DNA of 56,321 nt, taken from positions 1 through 56,321 of IMG/VR virus record IMGVR_UViG_3300035682_000045; one strand, written 5' to 3'. Shown here one piece after another: positions 36,601 through 46,500 of the stretch (position 1 is the first letter of the stretch; each line of letters starts with the position of its first letter). Made by a program: the position numbers and the translations under genes. A model generated the notes under the pieces. The model saw only the letters and a list, made by a program, of their open reading frames with translations, was not told the DNA's origin and did not search any database. The stretch is from a virus. Lineage: Duplodnaviria; Caudoviricetes.

Positions 36601-39049
36601 TAACATTATAGTTACTGCAGAAAATGGAACCACTAATACTTATACAATTGCAGCTAGCAGAAATCTTCCAGCACTTAGCATTTCTCTTTCCAATGTTACT
36701 AAAACGCTTACTGGATTTACATTTACTTTAACAAGTACGTATGATTCCAACTATACATGGACAGCATCTGTTCAATCACCTGCCACCATCTCCCCTTCTT
36801 CAGGATCTTCTAGTGGGCAAACCTACACGGTATCTGGAATGACATCTGATGGTGGACCAAAAATGGCCACAATAACTGCCTCACGTCCTGGATATGATAC
36901 AGGATCTGATACAAGGACTGGATCTGTTCTAGCACCATCTGTATCTAATTTTACTATTTCAAATACAACGGCAAACCCAGTTCCTAGTTCAATTACCGTT
37001 GGAAATAGTGCAACAGTAAATGTTGGTACAGTAAATTGGGCAAATGGAACTGGTACAGATAGATCTTGGGTATCATCTGTGACACCTGGATCATCCTTTA
37101 CTGGCTCAGAAGGTACACTGAGCCCTACATCACAAAATTTCACCATTACATCTACTCAGTCAGCAGCAGTTGCAACAGTATTTAATAAAGCATTTGGTAC
37201 AGCAACAATTTCTTGGAATCAGTCTGATGCACAAAGCTATACATTAATATATACCATTAGTGGAGTACCTGGACAACAAACAGTTAATGCAAATAGTACA
37301 GCATCCAGTGTATCCCGTTCTGTTAATGTAGATGGTTTAGCTGTTACCCTTGTATCAATTAAGGTTTTTACTGGACCAAATCAAACTGGAAACTTTAATA
37401 GTATAACATCAAGTTCATCAGTAACACCAGTTGATAAGATTAACTCAGCAACTGGTTCTGGATCTATAACACGTGTATCACCTCCAGGTACTCCAACAAT
37501 AACAATATCAAGTAAAACAACATCTGGATTTAACGTGAGTTGGTCAGCATCTGGTGCAACAACATATAATGTTAATGTATATAACGTAAGCACTGGAGTT
37601 TCAGTTTCTGGATATCCTTTAACAAATACAACCAATACATCTGCAACCATATCAGGATTGACTGCAGACACTAACTATAAGGTTGAGGTTTTTGGAAATA
37701 ATGCAGCTGGGTCTGGATATAATTTTGCAGATGTGACAACACTTTCAGTAACTCCAACTATTAGTGGAATATCTATTAGTAATAATGCTATTTCTCCAGG
37801 TTCTTCTACTAGCATATCTGTTTCTAATACCCCACCATCAAATACTGGATCTGTATCATGGGCAAACGGATCTAATACATCAGCAGCAGGCTTGTTTACA
37901 GTATCTGGAGCAGGTTCTGGTGGTTCATCTCCAACAAACCCATCATCACTGTTAACCGCTGGAACGTTTACGGTAACATCAACTGGAACTGCATCGGTTG
38001 GTATACGTGCAATTAATACAAATAAGGGTGCAAATGTTTCATGGACACAATCTGCAGCACAAAGCTATTCAATTAATATAACTGCATCAGGGCTTTCCAC
38101 CTTCAATGTCACTGGAAACTCAAGTGCAAGCAGTCCAAGCATTCCTGTTATATCTAATGATTCATTATCTAGAACAGTTACAGTAAATAGTGTTACAGTT
38201 TATTCTGGACTAAATCAGACTGGTACACCAGCATCACTTTCTTCTGGATTAAGCATAACAACTGCAAATGGTATTACAGATACCCCAGGTTCTGGCTCTG
38301 TAACTTATAGTCTTCCATCTCCTGGAACACCAAACTTCCTTACTGCATCCACAGGAAGAACAGATGGAGTTGAGCTTTCATTTAGTGGTTCTTCTAATGC
38401 AACTAGTTATGATATTTATTGGAATACTACTTCAGCAGTAAAGCCAGCAACAACTGTTACTCCAGATTTTCCAGGAGTAACTTCACCATACCTAGATTCT
38501 GGAATACCACCTGGAGGAAGTAGACAATATTGGGTTAGAGGAAAAAATTCAACTGGATTTTCTGCATGGTTCCCAACAGGAACAGGTTCTAGTGGAAGAG
38601 TTGGAACAAGAGCTTCAGCTCCTCCTTTCTTCCCTCCTTTCTTCCCTCCTTTCTTCCCATTCTTCCCACCGTTCTTCCCATTCTTCCCACCGTTCTTCCC
38701 ACCGTTCTTCCCACCGTTCTTCCCACCGTTCTTCCCACCGTTCTTTGGTGCTTCAACACCACCATTAACACCAACAGGTCTAACAGCACAACTATCTGGA
38801 TCAAGTACTGTGCTTAACTGGAATGCAGCATCTGGTGCAACAAGCTATGAGCTATGGTATCAACCAAGTTCTGCTCAATATTCTGGAACAACTTTTGACT
38901 ATCCAGCTCCTGGACAACCAGCTATAACAAATACTACATTCTCTGCACCAGTTGGTTACTCACAGTACTGGACAGTTAGAGCAAGAAATTCAGCAGGTGT
39001 AAGTTCATGGTCTACAATGGTACAGTCATCATCAGGTGGTCCAGTATAG
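33626..39049 (+). CDS. Large Ser/Thr-rich Ig/FN3 fibre or adhesin (1807 aa)
   Basis: N-terminal KVGGxW repeats; FN3 domains (APGTPT...WTAPSDGGSPITNYE...FQVRAVNAVG); cadherin-like LSNLTVSSGTLSPSF...VTAENGTTNTYTI; PPFF repeat; terminal FN3. Confidence 0.8.
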   Translation: MPGKLKVGGSWRDITYIKLKVGSIWTNVGEAYLKVGGDWSKFFGASGPQISQKPVITASSTTFPAIVTGRNYHWDSGNVFTYVFQYSLTAPTSTTAWIDIGEYQSITNPAVGSSVTKTYDLADLEVDVEDDIWVRFTVLAVNTVNSTQTIESSDPVQVSNNLPVGTPVSAVIVRDSEDGYVYSVSNPGIWTKTPILSYRYQWQQNTSGTTWADITGATSISRNMLSFVGKNVRVRVWATNSSGESFRPIVSNSMMVTYAPPEISSFTVTPRAGGATISYSASTDDPDYSISVLLERLSGGTYSDYFFIPIPLTSLTATDIEFTTDVLASGTYRFTLVVITNDLIETTSQVSGVVVPALSASSLTVTDTTPTTDYTPSGLTVTNPSNNLGLVEWTNGANADLATLVLSGAATGTTIFDPIESSKTFSVTVSGTVTASLTNTIKGEATIAWSQSGARSFKLKYEVGGNPVTYNVADTTSTSPSLNIMSNGLQVKAVSVEVFPLTNYQGTSTLFTPSVAPTATPTNKVSTPAITASGTVEFLNPSASSLAIANTTPNATPTVTSVRNSATTNVGTVDWENGTGATSGWLEKMTAAGIVTGQPIADPGSLSTTGSFNILITGNATAVVKNRSNAQVTISWYQSSVKSYRLRYTVAGTSYTRNANTVDENGAAITGTTSFIIPIDVNNKAVVVTELVVYSGLNQNGIPSAAVLPGSASVTATNITNEATGSGAVTYAAPATAPGTPTNLQRNLDGASKTFTWTAPSDGGSPITNYEFNINNTGWFARSPASSATSYSLTAVTGNIGNTFQVRAVNAVGSSATPASSGTYYVPSVGALTTSSITKTSAIITWTSGTAAQAAWSLSLPGASGSPFTANNSNTSFGVTGLVAGTSYTPTLTLTSSSGDTNSRTGTEFTTVGLSGIKTLSNLTVSSGTLSPSFLSGTNSYTVSGLSNATSSITVTPTVTDSTSTVTVNGVSVASGSASGAISLTAGSTTNINIIVTAENGTTNTYTIAASRNLPALSISLSNVTKTLTGFTFTLTSTYDSNYTWTASVQSPATISPSSGSSSGQTYTVSGMTSDGGPKMATITASRPGYDTGSDTRTGSVLAPSVSNFTISNTTANPVPSSITVGNSATVNVGTVNWANGTGTDRSWVSSVTPGSSFTGSEGTLSPTSQNFTITSTQSAAVATVFNKAFGTATISWNQSDAQSYTLIYTISGVPGQQTVNANSTASSVSRSVNVDGLAVTLVSIKVFTGPNQTGNFNSITSSSSVTPVDKINSATGSGSITRVSPPGTPTITISSKTTSGFNVSWSASGATTYNVNVYNVSTGVSVSGYPLTNTTNTSATISGLTADTNYKVEVFGNNAAGSGYNFADVTTLSVTPTISGISISNNAISPGSSTSISVSNTPPSNTGSVSWANGSNTSAAGLFTVSGAGSGGSSPTNPSSLLTAGTFTVTSTGTASVGIRAINTNKGANVSWTQSAAQSYSINITASGLSTFNVTGNSSASSPSIPVISNDSLSRTVTVNSVTVYSGLNQTGTPASLSSGLSITTANGITDTPGSGSVTYSLPSPGTPNFLTASTGRTDGVELSFSGSSNATSYDIYWNTTSAVKPATTVTPDFPGVTSPYLDSGIPPGGSRQYWVRGKNSTGFSAWFPTGTGSSGRVGTRASAPPFFPPFFPPFFPFFPPFFPFFPPFFPPFFPPFFPPFFPPFFGASTPPLTPTGLTAQLSGSSTVLNWNAASGATSYELWYQPSSAQYSGTTFDYPAPGQPAITNTTFSAPVGYSQYWTVRARNSAGVSSWSTMVQSSSGGPV
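38621..38746 (+). repeat. In-frame tandem repeat encoding (PPFF)9 plus (PFF)2
   Basis: Units cctcctttcttc and ccaccgttcttc (12 nt) and ccattcttc (9 nt); 126 nt in total. Confidence 0.95.
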
Positions 39050-39070
39050 TATGTTAACAAACAATCAGTA

Positions 39071-39079
39071 TGATATAAT
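39071..39079 (+). promoter_or_regulatory. Extended -10 promoter TGATATAAT
   Basis: Intergenic; SD AGGAGG follows. Confidence 0.6.
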
Positions 39080-39096
39080 AATAAAGGAGGAATAAA

Positions 39097-39309
39097 ATGA
39101 GCGCACTTTTAACTTATGAAGAAAAATCTGGGATTATTAATCAACACATTAAAAATCTTGATTATTCTATTTTTAATATTGAAATGTCTTTAGTTGAAGA
39201 AAAAGCAATTAAAACATCAGAGACTTCAGATTCTTTAGAATCTCAACTGGCAGATTTAAACTTAAAACGAGATGCCCTGCTTGCAGAGCTGGCAAAACTT
39301 TCAAAATAA
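39097..39309 (+). CDS. Small coiled-coil protein
   Basis: Strong SD; heptad-like Leu pattern. Confidence 0.7.
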   Translation: MSALLTYEEKSGIINQHIKNLDYSIFNIEMSLVEEKAIKTSETSDSLESQLADLNLKRDALLAELAKLSK

Positions 39310-39325
39310 AATAAAGGGGTAAGGT

Positions 39326-39511
39326 ATGGATAATAAAGCAGAGCTAGTTATAATGGCATTGCAACAACGCATAGGTGAGCTTGTTTCAAACTATGAAACA
39401 CAGGTTGCAATTCTTAGGGCTGAAATTACTCAAGCTGCTCAAGAAAAAGAAGCAAAGCAAAAAGCTATGGAAGAATACTCTAATAGTATTGAAGAAAAAA
39501 TTTCTAACTAA
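39326..39511 (+). CDS. Small coiled-coil protein
   Basis: SD AGGGG/AAGG; helical sequence. Confidence 0.7.
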   Translation: MDNKAELVIMALQQRIGELVSNYETQVAILRAEITQAAQEKEAKQKAMEEYSNSIEEKISN

Positions 39512-39519
39512 GGGGCATT

Positions 39520-39711
39520 ATGCTAAAATGCAATAGGTGCACTGGTCGTGTATTTGTAGATAGGCAGTACACTACTGCTGAACATATAGAGACAGCCTGC
39601 ATAACATGTGGAAATAGAAAGTTCTATCATCCACCTTCTGCAACAAAAGAGGGAAAATGGATACTTCAAAAGGAAAAATCCAGAGCCAAGCATACAATAA
39701 CGAACCTATAA
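39520..39711 (+). CDS. Zn-ribbon protein
   Basis: CNRC...CITCG. Confidence 0.65.
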   Translation: MLKCNRCTGRVFVDRQYTTAEHIETACITCGNRKFYHPPSATKEGKWILQKEKSRAKHTITNL

Positions 39712-40199
39712 TAAAAGGTAAGGTTAAGGTATGGTTTATCAATGGAGACCTAGTGAAGGTTTACCACAGCTCTCGTTCTACTGGCATGGTAACGTTTTAT
39801 AATATAACTAAAGATCGTTTAGAGACATGTCTGCTTTCTGATTTTAAAAAGGGTCGTGAAAGAGCATACAGTGTAGCAGAGACTGCTAAGCTTGTCAATA
39901 GACATAGAAAATATATTCCAAGTTTAATTAAACGAGGAGTGATTCCACCACCAATTGGTGCATCACTAAATGGAGAAAGATCTTTTAAAGTAAGAGCTTA
40001 CTACTCTGAATCTCACGTTAGGGAGATACGTGCTATACTTGCAAGTATACATATTGGACAACCAAGAAAAGACAAATTAATAACGAATAACATGACTCCT
40101 ACAAGCCAAGAGTTGACACGGCGAATGGGAGACGGTATACTTACATATACGAGAACAGAAGATGGACGATTTATTCCAGTGTGGAATGAGTCTATATAA
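39657..40199 (+). CDS. Putative MerR/excisionase-like HTH DNA-binding protein
   Basis: AYSVAETAKLVNRHRKYIPSLIKRGVIP...RAYYSESHVREI winged-HTH pattern. Confidence 0.6.
   Translation: MDTSKGKIQSQAYNNEPIIKGKVKVWFINGDLVKVYHSSRSTGMVTFYNITKDRLETCLLSDFKKGRERAYSVAETAKLVNRHRKYIPSLIKRGVIPPPIGASLNGERSFKVRAYYSESHVREIRAILASIHIGQPRKDKLITNNMTPTSQELTRRMGDGILTYTRTEDGRFIPVWNESI
40113..40141 (+). promoter_or_regulatory. Near-consensus sigma-70/SigA promoter inside the HTH gene
   Basis: TTGACA (40113-40118), 17-nt spacer, TATACT (40136-40141); upstream of the helicase/primase genes. Confidence 0.65.
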
Positions 40200-40218
40200 T
40201 TTAGAAATGGGTGGGGTA

Positions 40219-40446
40219 ATGGAAAATAGCAATTACGTAGTAACAAACGAACCAACAAAGATAAATGTAACACTAGGATACACACTTAATTTAGGAAACT
40301 TTCAATCACTAAGACTTGATCTGGGAGTTGTAGATAGCAAGCGTGATGGTGAGACTACAAATGAAGCTTTTGAGCGTGTATATAAGTTTGTAGAAGATAA
40401 GCTAACTGATAAAATTAACGAAGCAAAGTCTGAAATCAACGAGTAA
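40219..40446 (+). CDS. Hypothetical protein
   Basis: VTLGYTLNLGNFQSLRLDLG; SD-like GGGG before ATG 40219. Confidence 0.7.
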   Translation: MENSNYVVTNEPTKINVTLGYTLNLGNFQSLRLDLGVVDSKRDGETTNEAFERVYKFVEDKLTDKINEAKSEINE

Positions 40447-40754
40447 TGGCTGAACGCAAAGACCGAATGGCTTTGCTTAGTAGATACTCAAAATTGCATA
40501 CAGCAAGATATGAGCAAAAGCCATCTCTAAATTTAAATGTTGAACAGTGGGCAGCTGACGGCCTTGTTGAATCATACGGAATGTCTCAGTGCTATGACTT
40601 ATTAGACTATTACTTTTCTGTTGCACAAGATCCAACTTGGAACTACTTTGCTTATAATGCAGAAAAAATTCTTAATGGTAAACTAGATGTAGAGCAAGAT
40701 ATAAAAGATAGACAAGAGCGTAGGGCTAAAGCAAAGGAGTGGCTAAGTGAATAA
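40446..40754 (+). CDS. Hypothetical protein (possible helicase loader/initiator by position)
   Basis: Coupled to its neighbours; directly upstream of DnaB. Confidence 0.6.
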   Translation: MAERKDRMALLSRYSKLHTARYEQKPSLNLNVEQWAADGLVESYGMSQCYDLLDYYFSVAQDPTWNYFAYNAEKILNGKLDVEQDIKDRQERRAKAKEWLSE

Positions 40755-41970
40755 TACAGAAGCTAAAGTAATTTCAGCTGTATTGCAGGATAAGCAACTC
40801 CATGTATTATTACAGGCAAACGTAGAAACATTCCTTAGAACACATAATGATGTATGGAACTTTATTCGTCTTTATGCTGAGAACAATGGAACAGTGCCTC
40901 CAGCATCTTTGGTCGTAGAAAAGTTTAGAGACTTTGAGATTATTAAAGAAGTTGGAGCAACCAAGCACCACCTAGAAGAATTACAAACAGAATATTTAAA
41001 CGATACATTAAAAGATATTTTAAGATCAGCAGCAACTGAAGTACAAGGTGGTCAGGGATCAATAGCACTTGAAGAACTTATCACCAAGACATCTACTCTA
41101 AAAAAGAATACATCTTCTATTCGTGATATTGATGCTACAGATATTGATTCTGCGATTGCTTACTTTGAAAATGTAAAAGAGCAAATGGCTTTAGGTCATC
41201 GTGGTATAAAGACAGGCTTGCCAGGTTTTGATAACTACCTACCTTCTGGAATTATGCCAGGGCAGCTGGGAGTCTTTCTAGCCTATCCAGGTATAGGAAA
41301 GTCTTGGATGGCTCTATACTTTGCTGTACAGGCCTGGAAACAGGGTAAGACACCCCTTATTATCTCCCTTGAGATGAGCGAGACAGAGGTTCGTAATCGT
41401 GTCTTTACAATTATGGGTGAGGGTCTATGGTCACATAGAAAGCTTTCTAATGGTGAAGTAGAACTTGATATGATGAAGAAGTGGCATACAGATAGAATTG
41501 ATGGTCGCCCACCATTTCACATTATCTCAAATGACTCTGGTGGAGAAGTAACACCTTCTGTGATTCGTGGAAAGCTAGATCAGTACAAGCCTGACTTTGT
41601 TGTAGTTGATTACCTACAGCTTATGTCTCCAAACCAAAAGGCTGATAACGAAACGGTAAAAATGAAAAACCTTTCCCGTGAACTAAAGCTTATGGCTATT
41701 AGTGAAGAAGTGCCTATCATTGCTATCTCATCTGCAACACCTGATGATGTAAAGGATATGTCTACTGTTCCTACCCTTGCACAAACTGCATGGTCAAGAC
41801 AGATTGCATATGATGCTGACTGGGTTTTAGCGCTAGGTCGTGGACTCAATAGTGACATTATTGAATGTGCCTTTAGAAAGAACCGTAATGGTTTTATGGG
41901 AGACTTTTTAGTACAAGCAGACTTTGACAAGGGATATTACAGATACAAGGACTTTGAAGATGGCAAGTAA
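40747..41970 (+). CDS. dnaB: DnaB-like replicative helicase
   Basis: Walker A AYPGIGKS; ISLEM, VVDYLQLM, SRELKLMA and KNRNG. Confidence 0.92.
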   Translation: MNNTEAKVISAVLQDKQLHVLLQANVETFLRTHNDVWNFIRLYAENNGTVPPASLVVEKFRDFEIIKEVGATKHHLEELQTEYLNDTLKDILRSAATEVQGGQGSIALEELITKTSTLKKNTSSIRDIDATDIDSAIAYFENVKEQMALGHRGIKTGLPGFDNYLPSGIMPGQLGVFLAYPGIGKSWMALYFAVQAWKQGKTPLIISLEMSETEVRNRVFTIMGEGLWSHRKLSNGEVELDMMKKWHTDRIDGRPPFHIISNDSGGEVTPSVIRGKLDQYKPDFVVVDYLQLMSPNQKADNETVKMKNLSRELKLMAISEEVPIIAISSATPDDVKDMSTVPTLAQTAWSRQIAYDADWVLALGRGLNSDIIECAFRKNRNGFMGDFLVQADFDKGYYRYKDFEDGK

Positions 41971-42886
41971 AGAGATATATACAGAAGAACAAATTCGTCG
42001 TATTCTTAATGGAGCAGGTTTGGACATTGAGGCTGAGTTTGGAAACGACTTTATAATTTATTGCCCATACCACAATAACACCAGAACTCCTGCTGGAGAA
42101 GTAGCAAAAGATAGTGGCTTATTCTTTTGTTTTGGTTGCCAAACAACAAAAAACCTTGTTGAGCTTATTATGTTTACTTCAAATAGATCTTATTTTGAAA
42201 CGGTACGCTATATTAAGGGAAAAGAGCAGCAGTCTGATATACAAACCATAGTAGATAAAGCACTCTATGCACCACCAGATTTTGTACAGTATGATGAGTT
42301 ACTTATTAAAAGATTAAATAAGCAGGCACTTGATAGCCCAACAGCGATGAATTATTTTCATGGTCGTAGAATTACTAAAGAGTCTGTGGTAAAGTTTGAC
42401 CTTGGCTATTCAGAAAAACAAGGATCAGTAACCATACCCATCCACTCACCTGACGGAATGTGTATTGGGTTTGTTGCTAGAACAATTGAAGGTAAAGAAT
42501 TTAAAAATACTCCAGGGCTTCCCAAGAGCAAGGTTTTATTTAACTTACACAAAGTCAAGAGCTCTAGTATAGTATATGTAGTGGAGTCATCTTTTGATGC
42601 TATACGCTTAGATCAAGTTGGTTTTCCAGCAGTTGCAACGCTGGGTGCTAATGTGTCTGTATCACAAATCAGACTATTAGAAAAGTACTTCAATAATGTA
42701 GTACTAGTTGCAGACAATGACGAGGCTGGTACAATTATGAAAGACAAACTAATTGAAAAATTAGGAAGTCTTGTAACTGTAATTAAGCTAGACACAAAAT
42801 ACAAAGACATAGGAGACATGGATGATGATGAGATTAGAAAACTAGAGTTCCAGTTTGACAATTCAATCATTTCTATGCTAAAATAA
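41960..42886 (+). CDS. dnaG: DNA primase (CHC2 Zn finger plus TOPRIM)
   Basis: CPYH...CFGC, VVESSFDAI and DNDEAG. Confidence 0.9.
   Translation: MASKEIYTEEQIRRILNGAGLDIEAEFGNDFIIYCPYHNNTRTPAGEVAKDSGLFFCFGCQTTKNLVELIMFTSNRSYFETVRYIKGKEQQSDIQTIVDKALYAPPDFVQYDELLIKRLNKQALDSPTAMNYFHGRRITKESVVKFDLGYSEKQGSVTIPIHSPDGMCIGFVARTIEGKEFKNTPGLPKSKVLFNLHKVKSSSIVYVVESSFDAIRLDQVGFPAVATLGANVSVSQIRLLEKYFNNVVLVADNDEAGTIMKDKLIEKLGSLVTVIKLDTKYKDIGDMDDDEIRKLEFQFDNSIISMLK
42855..42884 (+). promoter_or_regulatory. Promoter at the end of the primase gene, driving SSB and DnaE
   Basis: TTGACA (42855-42860), 18-nt spacer, TGC-TAAAAT (hexamer 42879-42884). Confidence 0.6.
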
Positions 42887-42916
42887 AAACAATAAACAAA
42901 CAAGGAGAAATAAAAA

Positions 42917-43573
42917 ATGGCAATTGTAAAAGGATTAAAAAACATTAACGCATTAGTAGACAAGCCAAAGTTTGAAGGCACAGGTGCAAAGGTTCGTTGG
43001 TTCAAGATCGCTGATGGTCAAGCAGTAAAGATTCGTTTTATTGAAGAGCTTGATGAAGATTCAGCTAACTATAATGAGGCTCGTGGCCTTGCATTGGTTG
43101 TTTCAGAGCACACAAATCCAAAGGACTACAAGCGTAAGGCTGTAGACACGATGGAATCAGAAGGTCGTGACTGGGCAGAAGAAATGCACCGTAAGGACAT
43201 GAAGGCAGGATGGCGTGCACGTCTTCGCTTTTACTGCAACGTTCTTGTAGATGATGGCATTGAGGCACCATATGTTGCAATTTGGAACATGGGTGTTAGC
43301 AAGCAGTCTGCATTTAATACTATTCGTGAGTATGCACTAGAAACAGGAAGCATCTCAAATCTTACTTGGAAGGTAAAGCGCAACGGTCAGGGAACTGAGA
43401 CAAGCTATACATTGATTCCAAGCTCTCCAGATTCTGCACCATTTGATTGGTCAGGAGTTGAACCTTATCCTTTGGAGAAGGCTCTCAACAAGGTTCCATA
43501 TGCGGAACAAGAAGCCTTTTATCTAGGCTTTGATACTCCTTCATCTTCATCATCAGCAAACATTGACTGGTAA
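42917..43573 (+). CDS. Putative single-stranded DNA-binding protein (gp32-like)
   Basis: Between primase and polymerase; KIRF, KVKRNGQGTETSYTL and an acidic/aromatic tail ending IDW. Confidence 0.65.
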   Translation: MAIVKGLKNINALVDKPKFEGTGAKVRWFKIADGQAVKIRFIEELDEDSANYNEARGLALVVSEHTNPKDYKRKAVDTMESEGRDWAEEMHRKDMKAGWRARLRFYCNVLVDDGIEAPYVAIWNMGVSKQSAFNTIREYALETGSISNLTWKVKRNGQGTETSYTLIPSSPDSAPFDWSGVEPYPLEKALNKVPYAEQEAFYLGFDTPSSSSSANIDW

Positions 43574-43576
43574 TAG

Positions 43577-46500
43577 ATGAACTACGTTGGCTTACATGTC
43601 CATACACACTACTCCTTAATGGATGGTGTTGCTACTCCAGAAGAATACGTGAACCGTGCAGTTGAGTTAGGAATGACAGCAATTGCCATTACTGACCACG
43701 GTACTTTATCTGGGCATAGGGAACTGCACCGTATTGCAAAAGCAAATGGAATTAAGCCAATTCTTGGTGTAGAAGGCTATATGACGACAAGTATGGAAGA
43801 TAAGAGAGCAAAGGCAGACCGCCTTGACCCTCTTGACCAAAACTATCATCATATAGTCCTTCTCGCTAAGAACCAACAAGGTTTGGAAAACCTTAACAAG
43901 ATTAATGAAATTGCATGGACAGATGGTTTCTTTAGTAAGCCAAGATTTGATTTTGAAACATTGGCAAAGTATAAAGAAGGCATTATCGTAACCTCTGCAT
44001 GTCTTAGTGGCTGGATAGCCAAGGCTGTTGAACTAGGTGAGCTTGCAACAGCAAAGAAACACATACAGTGGTTTAAAAAAGAATTTGGTGATGATTACTA
44101 TATTGAGGTAATGCCACACAACCCACCAGAAGTTAATAAGGGAATTATTGAGCTTGCGGATGCAGCCAAGGTTAAGATTGTTGTAACACCAGACTGCCAT
44201 CACTCTGACACAAGTCAAAAAGAAGTTCAGGAGCTAATGCTACTTCTAAATACTCATGCCAAGTTACAGAAAGATGTAACATATGATAAGTCAAAGAAGC
44301 ATGAGTCATTCATGGATCGCCTTGATTATCTTTATGGTGCAGACCGCATGATGAGTTTTAATAAGTTTGACATTCATCTTCTTTCATATGATGAGATGAA
44401 GGATGCAATGCTTAAGCAGGGCATTGATCGTGAAGACATGTTTGCTTCTACAAACGAAATTGCTGACAAGGTTGAAGGCTATGACATTAAAGAGCATTTA
44501 GATTTACTTCCAGTACAGTATAAAAAGCCAATGGATGAACTTAAGAAGCTTGCACTTGAAGGTCTTAAGGAAAGAAAGTTAGACAAGGATAAAAAATATC
44601 TTGAACGACTTGATGAAGAGTTAGAGATTATTGGTGAGAAAAACTTTGGTCCATACTTTCTAGTTGTTCGTAATATGCTTAACTGGGCAAAGAGTGAAGG
44701 CATTATGGTTGGTCCTGGTCGTGGATCTGCTGCAGGTTCACTACTATGTTATGCGCTTGGTATTACAGACATTGACCCAATCAAGCATGGATTACTGTTT
44801 TTCCGTTTTATTAACCCAGACCGTAATGACTTTCCTGATATTGACTCAGACATTCAAGATACTCGTCGTGATGAAGTAAAGGATTATCTAGTTCGTCAGT
44901 ACCGTCACGTTGCATCTATTGCTACATTTTTACAGTTTAAAGACAAGGGTGTGGTACGAGATGTTGCAAGATGTTTAAATATTCCTTTGCCAGACGTTAA
45001 CAAGGTTCTTAAGGTTGTTGATACATGGGATGACTTCTGTACTTCAAAAAATACTTATTGGTTTAGAGAAAAGTATCCAGAGGTAGAGCGCTACGGAGAC
45101 CAACTTCGTGGAAGAATTCGTGGTACTGGAATTCACGCAGCAGGAGTTGTAACAAGCAAAGACCCAATCTTTAGATATGCACCATTAGAAACACGATCAG
45201 TTACTGGACAAGATGAACGTATTCCAGTAGTAGCGGTAGACATGGGCGAAGCAGAAAACATTGGTCTGATTAAGATTGATGCACTTGGACTAAAGACTTT
45301 AAGCGTTCTCAAGGATTGCATTGATATTATTAAGGAACGTGAAGGCACAAAGATTGATCTATTAAAGATTGATATGGACGATGCAAACGTATATACAATG
45401 CTATCTGATGGATACACAAAGGGTGTGTTTCAGTGTGAAGCAGCACCATATACAAACCTTCTAGTTAAGATGCGTGTTAAGAATCTAGCAGAGCTTGCAG
45501 CATCAAATGCACTCGTTCGCCCTGGTGCTATGAATACAATTGGTAAGTCTTATATTGCTCGTAAACATGGACGAGAGAATATTGATTATAAGCATCAGGT
45601 TATGAAATCATTTACGGAGGAAACATATGGCTGTATTCTTTACCAGGAACAAGTTATGCAAGCATGCGTACAGCTTGGCGGTATGTCCATGTCGGAAGCA
45701 GATAAAGTTAGAAAGATCATTGGAAAGAAAAAAGATGCTAAAGAATTTGATGTTTTCAAAGATCAATTTGTTAAGGGTGCTTCGCAATATCTTTCGCCAA
45801 ACGATGCGCTAGATCTATGGCATGACTTTGAGGCTCACGCAGGGTACTCATTTAACAAGTCTCACGCAGTAGCATACTCAACATTGTCATATTGGACAGC
45901 GTGGTTAAAGTACCACTATCCACTAGAGTTTATGTTCGCACTTCTTAAAAATGAAAAGGACAAGGATGGACGAACAGAGTATCTTATTGAAGCAAAGCGT
46001 ATGGGAATTCCTATCAAGCTTCCTCATCTTAATGATTCAGACATTGACTTTAAGATTGAGGGTAAGGGAATTAGGTTTGGACTAACTGGAATCAAGTATA
46101 TATCTGATAAGATTGCTGAAAGATATATTGCTGGTCGTCCATTTGCCTCATACAAAGAGGTTGAAGAGTTTACATTTACAAAAGGTAACGGAGTAAATAG
46201 TCGTGCATTACAAGCAATGCGATGTGTGGGAGCACTTACATTTCCAGATAATCCAGCAAATCCGCAGGAAGTTAAAGAAAATCTTTATGAGTATTTAAAT
46301 CTTCCTGAGTTCAATACATCTATACCTCAACACTATTATGCATACATCAATGATGTTGAAGAATATGAGGAGACTGGATCGTTTGTATTGTTGGGAATGG
46401 TAAAGTCAATCAAGCGTGGAACAGGGTGGTCAAGAGTTGAAGTTTTGGACAAGACTGGCAGTGTTGGTATATTTGATGAAGAGTCTCCGTCTATTGAGAC

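Noticed and set aside
38621-38746. Tandem repeat as a CRISPR array or phase-variation switch
   Set aside because: No spacers, and unit lengths are multiples of 3, so slippage would not switch the frame.
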